From Octopus bimaculoides (lineage: Eukaryota): 36,506 nt of DNA. The translations under genes and the position numbers were made by a program. The notes beneath the pieces were generated by a model. That model was not told where the DNA came from, did no database searches, and saw nothing but the letters and a program-made list of their open reading frames with translations. Where the stretch lies: positions 72,030,964 through 72,067,469 of the forward strand of contig NC_068982.1 of the NCBI RefSeq assembly GCF_001194135.2, read 5' to 3'. This document shows, piece after piece, positions 31,820 through 36,506 of this stretch. Numbering within the stretch: the first letter of the stretch is position 1; each line of letters begins with the position of its first letter.

Positions 31820-33800
31820 TCATAGCAGTATCTATTCCGGCTCTTTACGTTCTGAGTTCAAATTCCACTAAGGTCGATTATGTTTTTCATCATTTCGGGG
31901 TCGATAGAATAAGTACCAGTTTGACACTGGGTCAATGTAACTGACTTGCCCCTTACCCTCGAAAGGGCTGGCCTTATGCCAAATTTTGAAATTTTATTAC
32001 ATTTTTTTTCGCCTCTTTACGTTCTGGGTTCAAATTCTGCCGAGTTTGACTTTACTAAAATAAATACCATTTAAGCACTAGAATCGATGTAAATGACTAA
32101 CCCCTCCCCCAAAATTTCTAGCTCTGTGTCAAAAATTTGAAACAATCATTATAATTATTATTTAAAAGGCGGCGAGCTGGCAGAATCGTTAGCACGCCGG
32201 GCGAAATGCTTAGCGGTATTTCGTCTGCCGTTACGCTCTGAGTTCAAATTCCGCCGAGGTCGACTTTGCCTTTCATCCTTTCGGGGTCGATAAATTAAGT
32301 ACCAGTTACGCACTGGGGTCGATGTAATCGACTCAATCCGTTCGTCTCTCCTTGTTTGTCCCCTCTATGTTTAGCCTCTTGTGGGCAATAAAGAAATGAA
32401 ATGAGAATTCTCAGCGCATCGAACAAAATGCTGAGTGACATATCTTCTGGTTCTGTACGTTGTGAGTTCAAGTATTACCGAGTTGAACTCTGCATTTTAT
32501 TCCTCCGGGATTACTAGAATAAAGTACCTGTAATGTACTGGGGTTGATGTAATCGATTAACATCATCCCACTAACGTTACTAGTCTTCTACCAAAATTGG
32601 AAATATAGAAAGAATTACTGCAAGTGTTACCCGTCATATGACGGATAACTTTGGAAGTGCACTTATGCTACAGTGAGTATTATCAAGAAATACGTCATAC
32701 ATACAATAATTATAATTTAACTTCTGTCAAATTTCTTGAAATTTATACAAAATGATGAAACGGATACTAATTTCAAAAGAAAAAAAAACTTTTTAAAATC
32801 AAAATAAATTTTTTTTAAATTTCTCATTTATGTAACTCCTTTCATATCTACATATTTCATCCTCTCCTCCTCCTACTCCTCCTCTTTATGATATACAGAT
32901 TTTTATTATTGTTATCTTTCACTCGAAAAGGACGGTGAGGGTGGAGAGAGAGGTGCTGTCCCCCACCCACCCACCTACCAACAGCACTACTAAATTTGTT
33001 CAAAGGTAGATGGTTGTGGCGAGGATGGTTCGAGTTTGCTCCGATAGGCTGGATAGAACGTATAGCAGAAGATCTTGTCCCTGTGGTACCCTTGGTGGTT
33101 GATATAATCCAGGATAGTAACTGACCTACCTTTTCCCCTAAAATCTTTGGCCATGTGCTAAAATTTGAAAGCATAAAGTGGAAGAATGGAAGAATTGCCA
33201 GAGCATCAGAAAAAATGCTTTGCTCCATTTGTTTCGGCTCTTTACATTCTGAGTTCAGCAACCACCGAGGTCAATTTTACGTTTCGTCCTTTCGAAGTCG
33301 ATAAAATATAGTATCAGTTAAGTACTGAGGTCAATGTTTGGCATTTGCCTCTTCCTCAAATTACTGGCCTTGTGTCAAAATTTGAAAGAATAATTAAAAG
33401 ACTGATTAACTGGCAGAATTGTTTGTGCCCTGAACAAAATGCTTAGAGGCATTTCTTCCGGTTTTACAGTTTGAATTCTTATTCCGGGGTCAACTTTGTC
33501 TTTCATCCTTTCGGGATCGATAGAATATGATCCAGATGAGCACTGGGGTCGAAGTAATTGACTTAACCTCTCCCTCGAAATTGCTGGTCTTGTGCCAAAA
33601 ATTTGAAATAGTTTGCAAATCAGTGAAATGCTTAGCTGCATTTCAGCTGGGCCTTAGCGTTCTGTGTTCAAATTCTCAGAGGTCGACTTTGCCTTTCATC
33701 CTTTCGGGGTCGATAAATTAAGTACCAGTTGAGTACTGGGGTCGATAGAATCGACTTACCCCTCCCCCAAATTTCAGGCCGTGTGCCTATAGTAGAAAGG

Positions 33801-33810
<10 letters not shown>
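31820..33810 (+). mobile_element. Head-to-tail cluster of about 8 family B SINE copies or fragments, all on the plus strand
   Basis: Copies at about 31820-31990, 32010-32140, 32166-32397, 32410-32610, 33080-33175 (tail only), 33197-33390, 33405-33610 and 33622-33805, sharing ..TTC(T)GAGTTCAAAT..GGTCGAT..AAGTAC..GGGTCGATGTAAT..CCTCCC..GGCCTTGTG modules. Confidence 0.82.
32166..32397 (+). mobile_element. SINE family B monomer B1, young full-length copy
   Basis: AAGGCGGCGAGCTGGCAGAATCGTTAGCACGCCGGGCG..GAGTTCAAATTCCGCCGAGG..GTGGGCAATAAAGAAAT; closely matches the B1 halves of both dimers. Confidence 0.93.
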
Positions 33811-33836
<26 letters not shown>

Positions 33837-35409
33837 TCAAATATTGACTTTGCTGAAGTCTACTAAGGATGAGATGAATCTATGTACACGGTATTTAACA
33901 CGCAGTTTGTAATCTATAACACACAACTATACACAGCCTAGATTGTTACATACTTCGTATAAGGCACAGTCAATAAATTAACAAACAGCCTGGACTGTCA
34001 CACATCTAGACATCCTACAATTATAACCAAAACATGGATAGGACACCAACACCAGTAGGAAGACAATATTGTATAGATTTACTCAGGTAATATCGACTAC
34101 CAGAGCAGATTCTTATCGCACTCTCTAGGTTAAAAGGAATATCTTTTAACAGTTAACCAATTGACAAACAAATTATAAAGAAGTGAAACAGAACCAGTGC
34201 GTGTGTTTATTATTGGCAATAATAACCGTCCTGAGATACAACAAAATGTCTCAACAGAAGTTCACATCAAGAATCATGCAAACCAAATACAAAAATGAAA
34301 TAAGTTAGGTAACAGAACATAAACTCTTTATAATAATGAGCTGTACCTAACCATGGTAGCTATTTACAACTATGTGAACTGAGCCAGTGGATGTTTCAGC
34401 TATCAATAAGTATTTTGCTCATTATGACAAAAGTGACAAACTCTTCATTTCATAGAGCACATAAAATATTAATAAAATCAAATATCAAATGTCTGCCAAT
34501 TCGTACTTATAGCCGTTCGTCATAAAATGGTGATTATTCTTATTTAATTAAAGCAAGGGCGGAAAGAGGTGCGACGTTTACGCCTCGATCAATTGAGAGA
34601 AACAAAATCAAACGGAAATGAAACTCGAATTGCCAAGAGCTTAGTTCAATATTCGTCAGCGCTTGTCGTTTTATAATCTTAGGACAAAACAGCATTAGTC
34701 TGTCTCATATTTGTCTCTTGACTTTCCTTCCCTTCAATTGTATAACCATAATTTAATTTCTTTCTCTATGTACTTTAAAGCAGAAGACAGTTAAGAAAAG
34801 CGATAATGTTATATTTCCAATGATGTTACTTTGCTGCCGGGGAGTTCTGAAGTTTCTCTTGTAAAATTTATTATTAACTGACTGTAGAAAGCCTAAAGAA
34901 AGACAGGGAAAAAAAAGAACAGAAATGGTAGTATATTGTTGTACGATCAAACACTAACCACCAATTGTCATATATACCTTTGACGTCCTCCTTTTAAATG
35001 TACGAGCTTGAATGTGTTCGTGTCCAAAGGACAGATAGATCTTTTGTGATTCTCTTTTAATCTGTTTTGCTTTTCTCTTCGTTCTGACTCATATATATAT
35101 TTTTTCACCTTTTTTTTATTACTTTATTTTCCTTTTCTTATTTTCGTCTTCTTCAACTACTTATAATTAATCCCAAGAAATATCTTTTGAAGATTTATCT
35201 CCCTTCATAAACTATCATAAACTACTTTATCTTATTTTGTTTTATGGTGACATAAAATATGTCTCCTGCTCTCACTAGCAATCACTTTTATACCAACTTG
35301 CCTTCGATTAGTGTTAGTCAAATTTAGTCGATTAATATCTGTTTTATAACCATCGATCTCTTTCGCTTAATCTATCTCTCCACTTTACTCTCTCACATTT
35401 ATTCCATCC

Positions 35410-35437
35410 CTTCACTATTTCTCTCTCACTCTCACTC

Positions 35438-35468
<31 letters not shown>

Positions 35469-35629
35469 GCCTCTCAATCTCGCTGTCTCTCTTTTTCTTT
35501 CTATTTCTCTTTCCCTCTCTTCTTTTCTGTCTCACTGTCTCTGTCTCTTCTTTTCTGTTTCACTGTCTTCTTTTCTGTCTCACTGTCTCTGTCTCTCTCT
35601 CTCTCTGTCTCTGTCTGTCTCTGTCTCTG

Positions 35630-35685
<56 letters not shown>

Positions 35686-36242
35686 CTCTATGTCTATCTC
35701 TATCTCTCTCTCTTGCGTTTTCTTGCCCTCTCTTTCTGTTTTTTGCCCAATCTCTCTCCCTCCCTCTCTCTCTCTCTAGTTTTCTTTTCTCTTCCGATCT
35801 TCCGATCAAGTCTCCTCTTTTCTATCACACTTTTCTCCATTTCATTTCGTTGTTTCATTTCGTTCATACGCACCACTACCACCACACACAAAGAGATCAT
35901 TAGTCCACTAAGTTAACAATCAACTCCACTCCCTCATACAAAACGACCCCATTAAAAGTGAAACCTCCCGGAGAAGCGCTTGGTCAATAATCGCCTAATA
36001 CCTGATCAAAGTGACGTGACTAATCAGCTTGTCAACTGTCTCCAGCCTATTTCAAATCTTCTCTTTACCTTTCTCCCTTTCTCTCTCTCAATCTGTCTAT
36101 CTGCCTGCCTGTCTGTCTGTATGTCTGTCTGTTATCAACATCTTTATAATCAATAGTTTCAAATGGTCTCAGTAACATTTAAATACATACACACATGCAT
36201 ACATACACATACACGGGCGCGCGCGCGCACACACACACACAT

Positions 36243-36277
<35 letters not shown>

Positions 36278-36465
36278 ATATATATATACATACATAAAAG
36301 CGTGTATGGGTGTGTGTATGTATATATATACATATATATACATATACATATATGCGACTTATGAATGTATATAAGCATGTATATATATATTGAGGTTTAT
36401 GAATATATAAATATGTGTGAGTGTGTGTGTGTGTATGAATGCGCATATATATGGATATGTGTGTA

Positions 36466-36506
<41 letters not shown>
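35410..36506. repeat. (CT)n/(GTCT)n and (CA)n/(TA)n microsatellite fields
   Basis: Tracts at about 35410-35800 and 36180-36506. Confidence 0.93.

Noticed and set aside
32857-33261. 134-aa minus-strand ORF and AAG|GTAGGT donor near 33128
   Set aside because: It overlaps family B SINE remnants (33080-33260) and simple repeats; no recognisable domain.
1935-33810. Regularly recurring repeats suggestive of CRISPR arrays or prokaryotic systems
   Set aside because: The repeats are eukaryotic SINE copies and microsatellites; there is no constant repeat-spacer periodicity and no operon-like ORFs.
94-36446. Dozens of ORFs with CV, HT, LS, RE, YI, poly-D/T/V or X runs
   Set aside because: They are translations of microsatellites or run through N gaps; there is no evidence of coding.

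Overview
Eukaryotic, AT-rich, repeat-saturated non-coding DNA (intronic or intergenic) from a gappy draft assembly: 11 N-runs totalling about 4.9 kb, most next to microsatellites. The tRNA-derived SINE families and dense microsatellites match what I recognise from octopus (coleoid cephalopod) genomes; this is inference, not a database result. I found no credible host-gene exon, and nearly all listed ORFs are microsatellite or gap artefacts. The recognisable coding remnants all come from transposons: a 5'-truncated RTE LINE ending in three C2H2 zinc fingers (4507-5617, -), a decayed RTE RT fragment (18365-18870, +), a Tc1/maT transposase C-terminus (16830-17040, -), an internally deleted mariner (20220-20875, -), a mariner MITE with TA duplication (24833-25070), a CR1/L2/Jockey-group LINE 3' fragment (22655-22975, -) and a Helentron-like element (12021-12372). 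There are more than 20 SINE copies from about six modular families (working labels A-F), several with clean target-site duplications. The most interesting signals are: (i) several minimal type I hammerhead-ribozyme-like motifs, including a pair 310 bp apart in a tandem duplication that resembles a retrozyme or Penelope-like repeat; (ii) a run of five contiguous hairpins ending in a perfect 41-bp inverted repeat; (iii) a pri-miRNA-shaped hairpin; (iv) a recurring dimeric SINE and a head-to-tail SINE pile-up. None of the ribozyme motifs is fully canonical, so activity is unproven.
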